DNA of 64,000 nt from Curvularia clavata (taxonomy: Eukaryota): positions 1,488,001 through 1,552,000 of the forward strand of contig CP089274.1 of NCBI GenBank assembly GCA_023920165.1. The letters run 5' to 3'. The notes beneath the pieces are model-generated. The model was not told the origin of the DNA. It saw only the letters and a list, made by a program, of their open reading frames with translations, and did not search any database. This document shows positions 24,399 to 37,160 of the stretch, in pieces. The stretch's first letter is position 1. Each line of letters begins with the position of its first letter. The translations under genes were made by a program, and so were the position numbers.

Positions 24399-27300
24399 TC
24401 ATGAATCCGGCTCAGTCACCTCGTCAATCGCCGGTGGTGGAATGAAGCCCTGGGAAGAAGCTATTTCCGTACGTGCTGCCTTTGGGGCATGAGATTCACT
24501 AATACTGCCATGTTGCGGCGATCGTTTGCCAGGCGTAGCCTTCGATGTTGAGGGACTGTATGCTTGTTGTCCGCTCTCGGCTTTGGTCTGGAGGTGACGC
24601 GGTGAAACGCTTTTTTTGCTCTTGTCGCTCGTCGCTGAAGACGTTCTTGGTGATACTCGTCCTTGCTATGAACACACTGACATTAGCTAAAGTCTTCCTG
24701 TTTCCGTTCGCAAGAGCGGCAAATCACCTACCTGCTTCGCCCACCGCAGCCCGCACGAGTTGCAGAGATCACGATTCCCAGAGGGCCCTCTCCGCCACTC
24801 GGGCGTTTGCCTTGTGTGACAGTTTGCACAATCCTTTTGCATTTGACCAGCACCCTTTCTTCGCTTTCGTTTCTTCTTTGCTGCCAGAAGAGTCTGTACT
24901 TCTTCTGCAAGATACCGATTTCGCTTTTCCATTTGCCGTAGCTCGTACTGCCAGCTGGTGCTCCTTGTTGTCTTGAGTTCATCAAAGACATTGTCGTCTG
25001 ACGCAAGACTTTGGTCTTGGTGTCCGATTTGCAACCCGTTATGACCTGCGAATGTTGCGGGTGACTCCTCTGTAGTAACATACAAGGGATTTGTACCACT
25101 TGTCGACGGCGTCGTGTTTCCCGTGTTTCCGTTATTCCCAGTCAGAGATGCTGGCGAGGGTGAAACACCACCCGGCATTTGTGAGTGTACAGAATGTTGT
25201 GAATCGCGCTCTTGCCTGTTGTTTGTGTACATGGAAGGACGGCCAGCTGTGCTATTGCGTGAGTACTTGAGCAGTCGTGTCTGTCCGACCACAAAAGTGG
25301 GCTTCTGGCCCTCAACCGCATCTCCGGGGTAGATTGTTGTGAAGGCTTGAAGGACCTGTCCACGCTTGTTGATCATCTCGTGCTTGACTTCACCTTTCCT
25401 GCCGCCTCTTGCAAATTCCAGAATGCGCCCGAAATTAACCTTGGACTCCTGACGCATAAGAGATTGGATGCTGGTGCCAACAAGATCTTCTGGCTGCTTG
25501 TCGAGAAGCTGTCGTACGTTGGACGAGACATATAGGAACATGCCTGAGGTAGACATCTTGGTCCACAGTTCGTTGTCACCGACACCACCGGACTCGCGCA
25601 CAATAGTTTTGCTCAGTGTGTATACAGGTCGTTCGCGTCCAACGAGGATGATGCATTTTCGACCCTTGCCTTGCTCGGTGTGCAACGAACCATGGCCTTC
25701 GAACCACATGTACCCGCTCTTCTTTCGTCGTATCCTGAAAACTACGTTTACAGACGCGCCGTTTGTCGTTTCCTTGAGTTCTCTGGTAACTGGGACAATG
25801 TCGCTAGGATGGCAGACGGACGATAGCGCTGTTCCAACAAGTTCGCTCGGGTCGTATTCTAGTATCCTGTTACTGGCAGGCGACAAGTACAAGAAAAGTC
25901 CCTTGAGCGATAACACGTGTACGACGTCGTCGCAATTTTCGAGAAGAACCTTGTCCCAGATGCGTCTGGTCATTTCGGAATCTCCGCCTCCACTGTACGC
26001 GGCGAGGACGTTGGAAACCTCGTCCTTTGAGATGGTTTGGCCTTGCTCAGCCTGTTGTGGTTTGATATGATCGCTGAACACATAGCTTGGTATGGACATT
26101 CCACGCTGATAATTGACTCTGTAGGAGCCGTCTTTGGTGAGGTTAGTTTGGAATCAGAGACACATGAGAAAGAGATGCGAAGCGTACCTGAATTCTTATT
26201 CTGCATTGCACCTGGCTGTTCTACGAGATCGACTTGGAAGCCAATGAAGAATTTTGTCTTGCCCCCGGGCTCCCAAGCAATGGGAATCATGGTCAAGAGG
26301 TTCATGAACGGCTGTCCACCTCTTCGGTAGTTGATCAAGCTGATTTGTGCCTCTGCACGATTCTCAATCATGTTCTTCAAGTAGTAAACAGAATCATCAT
26401 CCACGTAGTTGCGCTTGATGCCAGATTCGACCTTGCCGTCAGGAGCTTGCAGAAAACGGCAGTTTCGCCCAAGGATCATGTGCCGTGTATAGCCTGTGAG
26501 TCGCTCAAAGTTTTCCGAGCAGTAAACAATAGGAATGTCGTCCAGTTCTGCATCGCACACGACAAAAGCACATGAAAGGTCGACGGAGCCAATATCGATC
26601 TGGGGGTCAGGTCTGGTGGCTACTCGCATCTACATGGATGATTAACTTTTTTTGGGAATGTACAATTGGAGCGTCAGCAACATACCAATACGCCAAGCAT
26701 GTCAAAGCCGGTTGAGGAGTATGCGTTTTTGAATTGTGTCTTCATGTGAGGATTGTGGTGCATAGTCGAGGGAAACCCGCCATCAGGTGTCGGCCAGGGC
26801 ATGTTGAAGTCGCGCAGCTGTTTGTTAATGACCTCTTTAGGTAAATCTTGGGCAGGATCTTGTGCTACAGGTTGCTGGTTGCGAAGAGAAGCCATTGTCA
26901 TTTGTGTTGGTACGCTGTTGGAACTGTGCCGATCGTTCTGAGGCCGCGGGTTGGAACGCATGCTTGTGTGGTCCTGGTTGGCTGTGCGACTGAGATGGCC
27001 GGATCGACTTTGTTTGGCATCGGGCGTGTTGTTGACGGAGGGACGTTTAAACTGGTCTTGGGCTTGTGTGGATGGGGTATTGTTGCTGCCGGTGTTGTCC
27101 TGCGAAGTGGCAGATATGGGACCGACAAAGTCCTGGTTGAGGGGGGAGCCGAGCATGGGCGAGTTAAACTGGTTGCCAGGAAACATGTTCATGTCAGACG
27201 GCATCATGTTGAGGGGGCCGTTCATGTCGAGGGGCATATTGATGCCATTTTGGTACGATGACATGTCGAGGTCGAGGGAGTTTTTCTGGTGCATGGGTGA

Positions 27301-27753
27301 GGCATACGAAGAGCCGGGGGCGCCCATCTGGGAGAAAGGTGAAGCCTGGCCTTGGAACTGGTTGCCCATGGAAAGGTCAGTAGCCGGGAGCTGGTCGTTC
27401 TGCATATTGGCCGTAACGCGCGGAAAGGCCGTGGCGTTGTTGTGCATCAGGTTGTCCATGGCGGTCGAGGACATGTCGAAGCGGAAATCTTCCATGTCGC
27501 CATTGGGGTCGCCAAAATTCATCATGCTCAGCCGGCGCGTCTCGGGGCTTCCCAGGTTCATGTGCGGCGGGCCTCGCGCATAGGGCGGCATGCTCCGGCG
27601 GCGGTTCTCTTTGTCGTTCTGGGCAACCATTGAGTCGAGCGACTGGCCCTCGGATATGTCGAAGCCGTTGATGGCGTCGGCCTCGATGCCCATCATCATA
27701 GATCCGTTGGTGGCCTGGCTATAGGGCCGCGGTGGGTACGGGTAGCTGTTCAT
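24399..27753 (-). CDS. wc-1: White collar-1 blue-light photoreceptor/GATA transcription factor
   Basis: Exons 27753-26686, 26629-26188, 26131-24732 and 24665-24399. [15 protein letters not shown] domain with GRNCRFLQ, two further PAS domains, [16 protein letters not shown] finger [26 protein letters not shown]. Confidence 0.97.
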
Positions 27754-27944
27754 GGCGATGGGCGGGGGTTGGGGATGGTGTTATTGGCAGCAGAGGGGGA
27801 CGTCCAGCACGGGGTTGTGGGCATCCAAGAGGGCGGCAGGCGCCCGTGGGCGGTGTTGTGCGCTATCGGTTCGTCGTGGTGGTAGTGGCGGCAGGAGCAG
27901 CCGCGGCGGCGGCGGCGGCAGCAGGGGCAGCAGGAGCGGGGCGT

Positions 27945-27976
27945 GCAGCGAGCAGCGAGCAGCGAGCAGCGAGCAG
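27945..27976. repeat. (GCAGCGA)x4.5 tandem heptamer
   Basis: Read directly; lies about 200 nt upstream of the wc-1 ATG, next to a GGC triplet run. Confidence 0.9.
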
Positions 27977-28427
27977 GGTACGGGACAGGGCATCCGAGGA
28001 GGACGAGGAGCAATGGGCCAGCTAGCCGCAGTCCATTTGCAGTGGCAGCGGGATGGAGATGTAGCAGGTCTGGGGTGGGAGGGGGGGTGGAGGTTGGATG
28101 TGCAGGGCGAGGTGTGTAGCGTGAGTCGAATGCGCTAGCTGCCAAGAAAGGCCGCGTGCGGGATAGCTGCAGAAGGGCACAGAAAGATGTCAGTGGCTTT
28201 GCGCGGGTAGTCGTCGCACGTCGCAGTCGGGGGCCGCAGCACGGGCGTGGGCGGTGCGCGCGAGGGAAGCAGAAAGGCGGTCACATCAGCAGCAGGCGAG
28301 GCCAAAAGCAAGCACGCATGGCCGCCCCATCAGGCCGGGCAGACACACACAGCAACCCGGCGCTGCCCGTATGGTAATCGCAAAATCCCATGTAGTGCCA
28401 TGTCATGTCATGCCATTGCCCTGTCCT

Positions 28428-28457
28428 CCCTGCCCTGCCCTGCCCTGCCCTGCCCTG
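28428..28457. repeat. (CCCTG)x6 pentamer microsatellite
   Basis: Six perfect copies in the divergent wc-1/MRP4 intergenic region. Confidence 0.92.
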
Positions 28458-28725
28458 CCGGGTGGGACCGATGCACGCTCAACCGCTGCCCGATCCCCTC
28501 GTGCTGCCTGCCTCTCTGCCACGGCCACATGCCACCCTCTGCCTCGGATCCAGGCGGGCCATTGCACACTCAGGGCGGTGCCGTGGCGCATCCTCCGACC
28601 TGTGGAGGCACGCCGATGCGCCTTGCCGTGCCGGGTCTAGCGCGCCATGGGTCTTGGCATGCCGCGCGCAGGGCTCGAGAGATTTTGGACCGCTGGGCCG
28701 GCGACTGCACGACGTGGGCAACACC

Positions 28726-30112
28726 ATGATCCTGAGGACCATCGCCGCGCGCAGCTGTACGTAGACTCCCGGCCCAATGCTGTGCATCCCAATGCGCACA
28801 AAATGGCTGACTTGCGTCCCCAGGCCCCCGGGCACTCGCACAACACCCGTCCCGGCCCTTGCGCCGATTTCTCTCTACAGACATCTCCGCCATCGAGGCC
28901 TCGACCAACAACAGCCTCAAGCAGATCCAGTCGCTCCAAGCCCAGCTGAACGCACATCTTCAGCAGCCGCTGCCCTCAATTGACCCCGCCACTCATGCCC
29001 CACCGTCTGCCGCCCACGACAACGTTGCCCAACAGTACTACAAGTACAAGCAGCAGGGTACGCCAGACACATGCCTGTGCCCGCATCCATACTGACACGC
29101 TCCACAGCAAAGGCCCTGGGAAAGCTGGGGTCTGACATTGCCCCTCACTATCGCCCGCACACGCTGCTGAACCACCCGCCCTCGCCCGCCGACGTAACCC
29201 TCGAACTGCTGCTTGCCTCTGAAGCCCACCAAGGCCATGTCACCTCACTCTGGAACCCTGCCAATGCTCGATATATCCACGGAATCAGGCAAGGCGTGCA
29301 CATCATCTCCCTTGAGGTCACCGCTGCCCACCTACGCCGTTCTGCCAAGGTTGTCCAGGAAGTTGCGCGACGAGGAGGCATAATACTCTTCGTAGGAACC
29401 CGAGAGGGCCAGGACAGAGCAGTTGCACGAGCCGCTGAGCTGGCCAAGGGCTACCACCTGTTCGAGCGCTGGATCCCCGGCAGCATCACAAACGGCCAGC
29501 AAATCCTTGGAAGGTGCAAGACCAAAGTCGTCAACGAGCTGGATGAGGAAGTAACGGGCTTCGAGGAGCAGCTTTACGACAGGCCTGCACTACGTCCAGA
29601 TCTCGTCGTCTGCCTGAACCCATTGGAGAACTATGTTCTGCTCCACGAGTGCGCTCTCAACAACATACCCACCATTGGCGTCATTGACACCAATGCTGAC
29701 CCCACATGGGTCACGTATCCCATTCCAGCCAACGACGACAGGTGAGAAGGTTCTGACACATTACTTCACCTCTTGCTAACACAACTACAGTCTTCGCTGC
29801 ATCCAAGTCATTGCCGGCGTCCTAGGTCGGGCCGGAGAGGCCGGCCAAAAGCAACGCCTCGCTGCGGCTGCCGAAGGCAAAATAACCTACCGGCCCGCAC
29901 AGGGACTCGCGCTAGCTGGGGCAGAGGCTGATAGTAATAGCATAAGTGCCTCAACTTCCCGAATGGGCGAAGCAGCCCCCGAGCAGCAAGTTGCCGAGGC
30001 GGGTCAGAGCGGCCTTGAGAACGCCGACAAGATGGCTGCAGACATGGACGAAGTGAACAACCATGAGAGTCACCGGACAAGGGGTGGCCGGGATATCAAA
30101 ATCACTTCATAG
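28726..30112 (+). CDS. MRP4: Mitochondrial ribosomal protein uS2m
   Basis: Exons 28726-28756, 28824-29057, 29108-29741 and 29791-30112. Arg-rich presequence MILRTIAARS; AHQGH..LWNP, ILFVGTR, RWIPGSITN, PTIGVIDTNADP..YPIPANDDS. Confidence 0.93.
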
Positions 30113-31797
30113 GAGACAATCTGTTGCGATAGGTGAAAAGACCAATACAAAACGTGGTTTGGGAAACAAGAAGAAAAGTGCAGACGCCCAAACGTGCATC
30201 CGCCTCCTCAGCAAAAACACCGCTGTAACAGCACCCCTCTCCGTTGGAAAACAAACCATACCAACAGAACCATGCCACCTTCTAGTCACGACACCCTCGG
30301 TGCTGACATGCCTCGAGTCCCCGCTTTTGTGCCTGATGCCCTTGTGACACCTTCCTATTCCAAGCAAATGTATCATTGACTTTGGAAACACAGGGCCCAA
30401 AGCAAACAATTCGGAAAAAGAGCCGGAGCCATGACAACGAGTCAACAATGGAGAGCGACTGCAAGAGGCGTGTGGTTAGGGTGTAGCGCCAGCTCAGCCT
30501 TAGCCTAGCTTGAAAACCCAAGTGGGCTCTAGGCTTCAAGGTCGACAAGCAGACCCACAAAGGATTCCAGACCTTTTTGTTTTTTTAGCCACCCTGAGCA
30601 ACGACAGCCTCTCAAAGCAGAAGAAAAAAGACGCAACTGAGGGAAAAATTCCGACACCAAGGGACAGAAGAAAAAGATACAGGGGAAATCAGCGGTTAAA
30701 GCGGCTCCCGAGAGCCCTCGCAACTCACAGGTACACGTGCCGTGCACAGACACCATACAAGAAGGAAATAAACGTCGAGCAGCCCAAAAAAAAAGATCGA
30801 GAGGCTGGAAAAATAAAGACTATGACGTAGTTGGCCCAAGCACCATACTAGCGCCATCGACAACTCTCTCTATGATCGAGAGAACAGCAGCAGATTTACT
30901 GTACCTACGTGCCCCCCCCCCCTAATTACCGCCCTCCCCACAAGATCTGCCGCCCCGAAACAGCAAATAATAATCAAACATCATGCAAAAAATAATATCG
31001 CGACAGTTTTAGGCGGACGTGTCCCGTGCCCCCAAAATGTCCGATCTCTGATAGTAGGGCTCGATCGTCGCGGCCGTTTCCATGTGTCCTCTTGCTCCGT
31101 CTCTTAGGTGTACTCTATCGTGTGCATCGCGTGTTGACTCCGTGTTGTTGTTTTGAGTGCCGTGTCCCGTGTTGTACAACGTAAACAAAACCCGGCACGT
31201 GTACGCGTGTGCATCGCGTGCTAGAAAGACGGGTGGTGGTGGTGTCAAACACACCGCTGTCCATCTGCCTAGTCTGATTTGTCTGGCTGGGTATCTAGGC
31301 GTCTTGAAAAGTGTTGGCAAACAAGGAATTCTAAGAAAAAAGGGTAAAAACAAGACCAAGGGCAAGGGGTTGTAAGATGAGTATTCGTCTGAAAGGCAGA
31401 TCATTAGTGTGCTAACTGTATGTGCGTGTCTATCAAGTTTGCTCTTTCTCTTTCTCTTTTCTTACTTCCCTCCCTTCCCCTACTTATCTTTCTTTAACAA
31501 AGTTTGCAAAACGACGCAGTAGAGATGGAGCTTTGACGTGTCTATACATGAGGAGTCAAGATACACGTTTTTTCTACGGTAGTTCGTTTGCCCAAAAGTG
31601 GCAAGAGAGAAGAAGAAAAGCAAAACAAGAAACATGGGAAGAGGCGGGAGAACTTCTCACAGCGACCAACCACGAGACACGTGCGCTCGATGCAAGCAAA
31701 AGAAAACATATACATGTGTTTTCTTTTAGCTCTGCTTCAAACCGTTGGCCAAGGTGTTGAAAGCGCCATGCCATCTGAGCAACTGAGCCTTCGACTT

Positions 31798-33656
31798 CTA
31801 ATCGATATCGTCGGCGCTCGTGTCAGCGGTTTTGGCTGGTGCGCTCGCTGCAGGCTCAGGCGCCTTGCTGTAAAAGTCGAGTTTGCCTCCGTCTTGAAGC
31901 ACGTTGAAGCGGTCGTACAGCGAACGTGCTCTGACATAAGGGTCCAGCTTCCAGTAATTCTGCCTTAGCTGCTCCGCGAGGCCGTCTCTTTCTTTCCGCT
32001 TCTCTTCTAGGGATGCACTGTCGCCGGCACGCACCCACTCCATTATCGTAGCCTCGTACTTGTCCACGATTTGCTGTCTCTCCTTCTGCAGCTCCTGCTT
32101 GGGACCCTCTTCCTTCATCTTGTCGTTCTCGCCTGGCACAGGCTCCGGGTACTTGTACTCCCACTGTTCGTCTCCACCCAACTCGGCTGGGATCTGTGAC
32201 TTGGGGATGAAGCTGCTAAGATCTTGCACATTCTTTGCAAAGTGTACTTTTCCAGCAACGACTGGGTCCAACCAGCCCTTGACGATAGCCCAAACAGCGT
32301 TGAAGACCCATGGTGCGCGGTAAACCAGAACTGTACCAAGAGACTCGGGGTAGTTTGCCTCGAAGCATTTGATCATGAACTTTACAGGTGTGTAGTCCAT
32401 ATTAGCCATGGAAAAGTCGGTCATGTCAAAGACAATGGTCTGCAAGCGTCAGTATCAGTACTCTGGATTGGCCTCTTCAACCATTCAAGGTAACGTACAG
32501 CCGTGTCAATTGGCGGTCTCAGGAGCATACGCGCCGTCTCAATCGTATAGACAGTGAACCTTTCCAAACTCTCCTCCGTCTGTTCACCAGCCCTGTGCAG
32601 CCTTGCGCGAACAAAACACATTGGCCTCCCCTCGTTATCCAGTCCGTGGAGAAAGCTCTTGCCCATGCGAAGCTGTGTCAGGAAATCGTCTGCGTTCTTC
32701 TTTGCCGTGGCATCGTCTGTTTTTGTCTCGAGAGCAGCGAGCTCGCCGTTCTTCATGATATCATCGTCAACATGCATCTCGTTCAGCCTCCACTGCATCG
32801 TCGAGATCATCATGACCAGCGCCTTCTCCACATCCCATTTTCTTGCGCGCAAGAAGCGAAGGAGGAGCGCATCCGGATGGTCATGCTTAACCATGCTCCA
32901 GAACGTTCTTCGGAGCTCCTCTGGGGGGATGTTGGCTATCGCGGCCTTGAACTCTGCCGTCTGGCCGAACTTGTCGTCCTCCGCAGATATGGACAACCTG
33001 CTAATGTCGGTGGTAGGAGTTGAGGCCTCGGAGGCACTCGAGGACTTGTCGTCGGCATTCTTCTCACCCTTGTTTCGCTTGAAAACATTCAGACGGCTCT
33101 TCTTCTTGTCTTTCTTCCCGTCTGTAGCTGCCGCCTCTCCGGTTGTGGATGAAGGAGTTTCGTCCTCTCCATGTGTGGTTGTTCCATTTGCTTGGTCTGA
33201 CCCCGCTTCTACGCCAAAGACCTTCATCACAATGCCCCATAGCTCGCGCAATTTCTTCTCCTGGTCGGGTGTGAGGGTTCCCGGTCGCCCGGCGGGGGTG
33301 TTGGGTGCCATGACGAGGTACGAGTCTGTAAGGTCTTGGATTTCAAACCGCGCAGACCGAGGTGCTTGCGCCGTGTCTGCCCCTGAAGAGGCCTGTATAA
33401 AGGGAACGAGAAGGACACCGCCAATGGCAAGACCAGCGACTATTCCCACAGTCCACAAGTTTATTCCGCTCTTCTTGTGGGGCGTGTCTGCCGTATGCAG
33501 CCGGTGAAGGGGTATTCGATGTGTGCGCGTGACCGTGCAGGCGGGGCTATAGGAGGCGGAGAAGGGGGCGAGCTGGTGTCGAGGCTGGGCAGAGGGCCGA
33601 TGCTTTATGAAGGAGGTGTGAAATCGTCGTCCCAGGGGCTGTGCGCGACACCACAT
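31798..33656 (-). CDS. CRAL-TRIO (Sec14-like) lipid transfer protein, Csr1-like; alternative start at 33311
   Basis: Exons 33656-32499 and 32439-31798. GRPGTLTPDQE, HDHPDALLLRFLRARKWDV, FDMTDFSMANMDY, FEANYPESLG, GWLDPVVAGKVHF, IPAELGG. Confidence 0.92.
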
Positions 33657-34121
33657 GAATGCCAGTCCGGTGACGTCGGAAGAGTTCGTCCGGGTAAGGC
33701 GGCGCAGGCGTGGCTTTGCACTTTTGCGGAGCAGAGACGGACACGGAGGGCAGGGAAGGCGGGGGGAGACGACGGGCCGCCTAAGGATGCGTCGTTCGGC
33801 AAAACGCTGTCGTCTGCGAGTCGCAGGGCAGATGGAGAATGCACATCATCGGTAGCGAAATGGCAATGGCATCATCGACGGATGCGTCCTAGCGCTCTTA
33901 CCCTGCGTGCCCTGGATGCGGGTGGAGACTTGTGTACAGAGTCTATCTTCACCTCCCCTGCATTCTACAGGCTGTAGCATTTCAGACAACCCCTCGCGTT
34001 CGGCCGCGACATACCTAACTCGCCGCCACACGACCGTGGAACCGGGCGCTGCCCCTCGATCCATTGCATGCGACACCACCAACACCAATAAATCAACAAC
34101 AGCAACAATCCCCGGCCAAAC

Positions 34122-34861
34122 ATGGCGTCCACAACACCCACAACAACACCCTCGTACCGGCGGACACGCAGCAGATCTCCTCGCTCACGCCCCACGACGC
34201 CCCTCCGCCCCTCGTCGCGCTCTTCATTGCGCGATTCATCCCAGCGCGGCCGAGCTGCTTCTGCTACCGACAACGCGCTCGAAGGCCTGCAGGATGGCTT
34301 CGCAGAGCTGAGTGACGCCATGGCTGACCTCGAGCAAAACTTCATGCAGCTGCAGCTGATGCACGAGAGTCTGGCCCGCTTCTCCGAAAGCTTTGCCGCG
34401 TTTCTCTACGGCATGAACATGAACGCTTTCTGCGTCGATTTCCCAGAGGTATGTAGGTCGACGAAACGGACCAGCAAGCAAAAGCAAAAACAACAGCTAC
34501 TGACTATCATGTCTAGGCTCCCATACCAGAATCTTTCAAGCGGCCACAGAACCAGCCCGACGGCGGGGCTCCGGACCTGAACCGCTCCCAGGGCCCCGAG
34601 GATATAGACGCAACGTTCCTAACCACCGACACGTCTTTTGTCGAGAATCCTCCAAGCAGCAGGGCTCCGTCCAAATTTCAAACTCCTCAGACGCCAGCGC
34701 CAGCTGCCAAAACATCAGGCTTACCGCGGGGGAGGGGAGGCATACCACGCGCTGGAGGCCGTGGCGGAATACCGACCCGCGGCGGCGCAACAAGGGGTAC
34801 AAGAGGTGGTTCTGGTATCGCAAGGGGCGTTGCTGGGCGGGGCAGAGGAACACGAGGATGA
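34122..34861 (+). CDS. DAM1: DASH/Dam1 kinetochore complex subunit Dam1
   Basis: Exons 34122-34448 and 34517-34861. RPTTPLRPSSRSS, FAELSDAMADLEQNFMQLQLMHESLARFSESFAAFLYGMNMNAFCVDFPEAP, RGG-rich tail. Confidence 0.93.
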
Positions 34862-35284
34862 ATCTGCGAGGTTACTTTAGATTGGAATGCTTTGCATATG
34901 ATACCCAGACGAGCACACGAGCCATGGCAAAAAAAATGAGTGGATTCAAGCTCAATTATCTTCAACACTTTCCAGCTCTCTGTTCTGAGAGCACTCTGTG
35001 TCATCAGTACTAAAAAAGCGGCAAAGTTCGCCATTCAGCTTTGGTGATTATCATGAGCCTCCCTTCGCTGAAGGAGCTCGTTCCTCCTCATCTGTACTCA
35101 TTACCGCCGTCATTATTTTAGTAAAGAAGGGTATTAGTGCAGCTATCCAGGCTGTCGCCATCCTTAGGAAAGGGGTATACTGCATCCATATCATGAAAGC
35201 AAAAAGCGTTCAAGTCGTAAACAAGAGAAGAAGGGGTATCAGGTAAAAGAAAAATCCAACCAAAGTCTGCTCTGTGTCACTCAG

Positions 35285-35307
35285 AGCCAGCCAGCCAGCC
35301 AGCCAGC
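35285..35307. repeat. (AGCC)n microsatellite
   Basis: About 5.75 copies just 3' of the YTP1-like gene. Confidence 0.85.
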
Positions 35308-35337
35308 TAGTAGTACCAAGACCAACTCTGCGGATAT

Positions 35338-37160
35338 TTAAACCAGGACACCGGCGTGGCTCTTCACATGCTGGCTGCTGCTCTCCTTGCGCAAAGCCCA
35401 GCCCTTGATGGCGATGACCACTGTGGTCCATGCCATGAGAAGCGCCGTGAGACCCATGACCACCGTGAAGATGAACATGGCATCCAGGTTGTAGGACTCC
35501 AGAGCGGCAACTGTGTCCTTGTTGCTGACCATGAAGGTAATGCCGCCAGAGATGAGACAGAATGCAGTTACAATCTCGGTAGGCGGGCGAGATGGAAGGA
35601 AGGATGTCGGCGGTGAAATATACAGAGTGATGTAGGTGAGAGCTCGCGCAAGCGCGAAGCCCATAAACATGCTGCCCCACTGTGTGTGTATCATGGTCGA
35701 GACCATGGAGCTCTGGTGGTGAGAGCTCATCATCTTGCCAAGGAGCATGATGATCAGGGCTGGCATAGGGTTCATCGAGAAGCGGTACTGGCGGGGTTGT
35801 TGCCAGGCCTCATTCTCGACCGATGCTGCTTGCGAGGCCACGACGCCGCTGTTCAGTAAATCGCGCATCTTGCTCGACTCGATGCACATTCCCAGCTAGG
35901 AAGGAGATTAGCTAATGTCGCGCTAGAGTGAAAGCGCCGGGACCGGCTACTTACCAAACCACCACCAAAGAACATGACAGAAATTGAAACGTGTTCCAAG
36001 TCTTGCGCAGTCCATGCATCACCCCATGCCGCCAAATGTTCGAGGAAGACGTTGGTGCAGCCGTACAGGAAGATTACGAAGGATTCGGTAAACTCTGCCG
36101 ACGGTAGCGCCGCTCGCCGACGACCAACAACCTCCTTAGGTGGCTTCACGTTCCACGCCCATCCAAAGTCAGCAAATGCGCCCATCCACCTACCCAGTGT
36201 GAGGAATCCGTATACGAAGAAGATTCCTCCTTTTACTGTGTGCGCCAAGACGTTGAAGATACCGTCGCCTCGCCCGATGCCACCATAGACGACAGCGCCA
36301 CTGACAATGGCTACGAAACCCTGGATCAGGATCGTACGCTCAACCAAGACATAGAAGAACCGAATCGCTTTCAGTGTGCGGCCAACTGCAAATCGGGCTA
36401 CATTGCGGGAAAAGAATCGATCAACTGATGTGTTGCGCAAGAGGCCGTACTTCTCATTCTCGTCGTCGAAAACGTCGTCGTCGTGAGTGTTTCTGCGCGA
36501 TGGGCTGGCAAACTGCTGGTTTTCGGATTCGACGCTGGGAGATCGGGACGAGTCGTAAAGCGAGGCTGAGTTTCGTTCGGTACCTTGGCCAGAGTCGCCT
36601 GACCATCGCGAGGGGTCGGCGACATCTTCGTCCTGGACGCGCTGGTACCTGAGCATATTTGCGGCCGTCATGGGGTGTTTGAATTCATCCTCGACCGAAT
36701 GCTTGTTGGGCAGGCCTGCGTAGGCTTGGACAAGGGCCAGGAACACCCAGGCCGAGGCAATCCAAGTAATAGCCCACCCAGTCTTGCTGTGCGCATTTCC
36801 CGCATACAGTTCCGGTGTCTGGTGGTCGTAGATGAGACCAAGCACGAGGGCGAGTGCATTGGTAGCGAGGAAGACTAATTGCGACGGTAGAGTAAACCGT
36901 GAGCGCGCGATGCTGAACATGACAGCTACTGGCAGGACCACGACCCAGGCCAACACCTCAAGGCCAATGTGCCAATACATCAGCGAGGCATGTTCCGACA
37001 GACTCCAGTAGCCTCCGAAGCCAGGATTTTGAGGTTGCGCTTTTGGCATGTCATGCGCGCCCATGTCCATGCCTTTGTCGTCACCATGAGCGACTGCTAC
37101 CGGCAAGAGCTCAAGCAGCAGCGCCGCGGCGGCTATGGCGAAACCGCGCCGACTCGACAT
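35338..37160 (-). CDS. YTP1: YTP1-like integral membrane protein (DUF2427 + Ytp1 domains)
   Basis: Exons 37160-35955 and 35895-35338. Signal peptide ending AVA-HG, NVLAHTVKGGIFF, NVFLEHL, QDLEHVSI, MSSHHQSSMVSTMIHTQWG, PSRPPTE. Confidence 0.85.

Noticed and set aside
31009..31404. 131-aa minus-strand ORF between MRP4 and the CRAL-TRIO gene
   Set aside because: UTR-like composition and no homology cues; a small gene or lncRNA cannot be excluded without RNA-seq.
32554..33507. 317-aa + strand ORF, and similar antisense ORFs over wc-1, the MFS gene and CCT7
   Set aside because: Antisense shadows of codon-biased genes.
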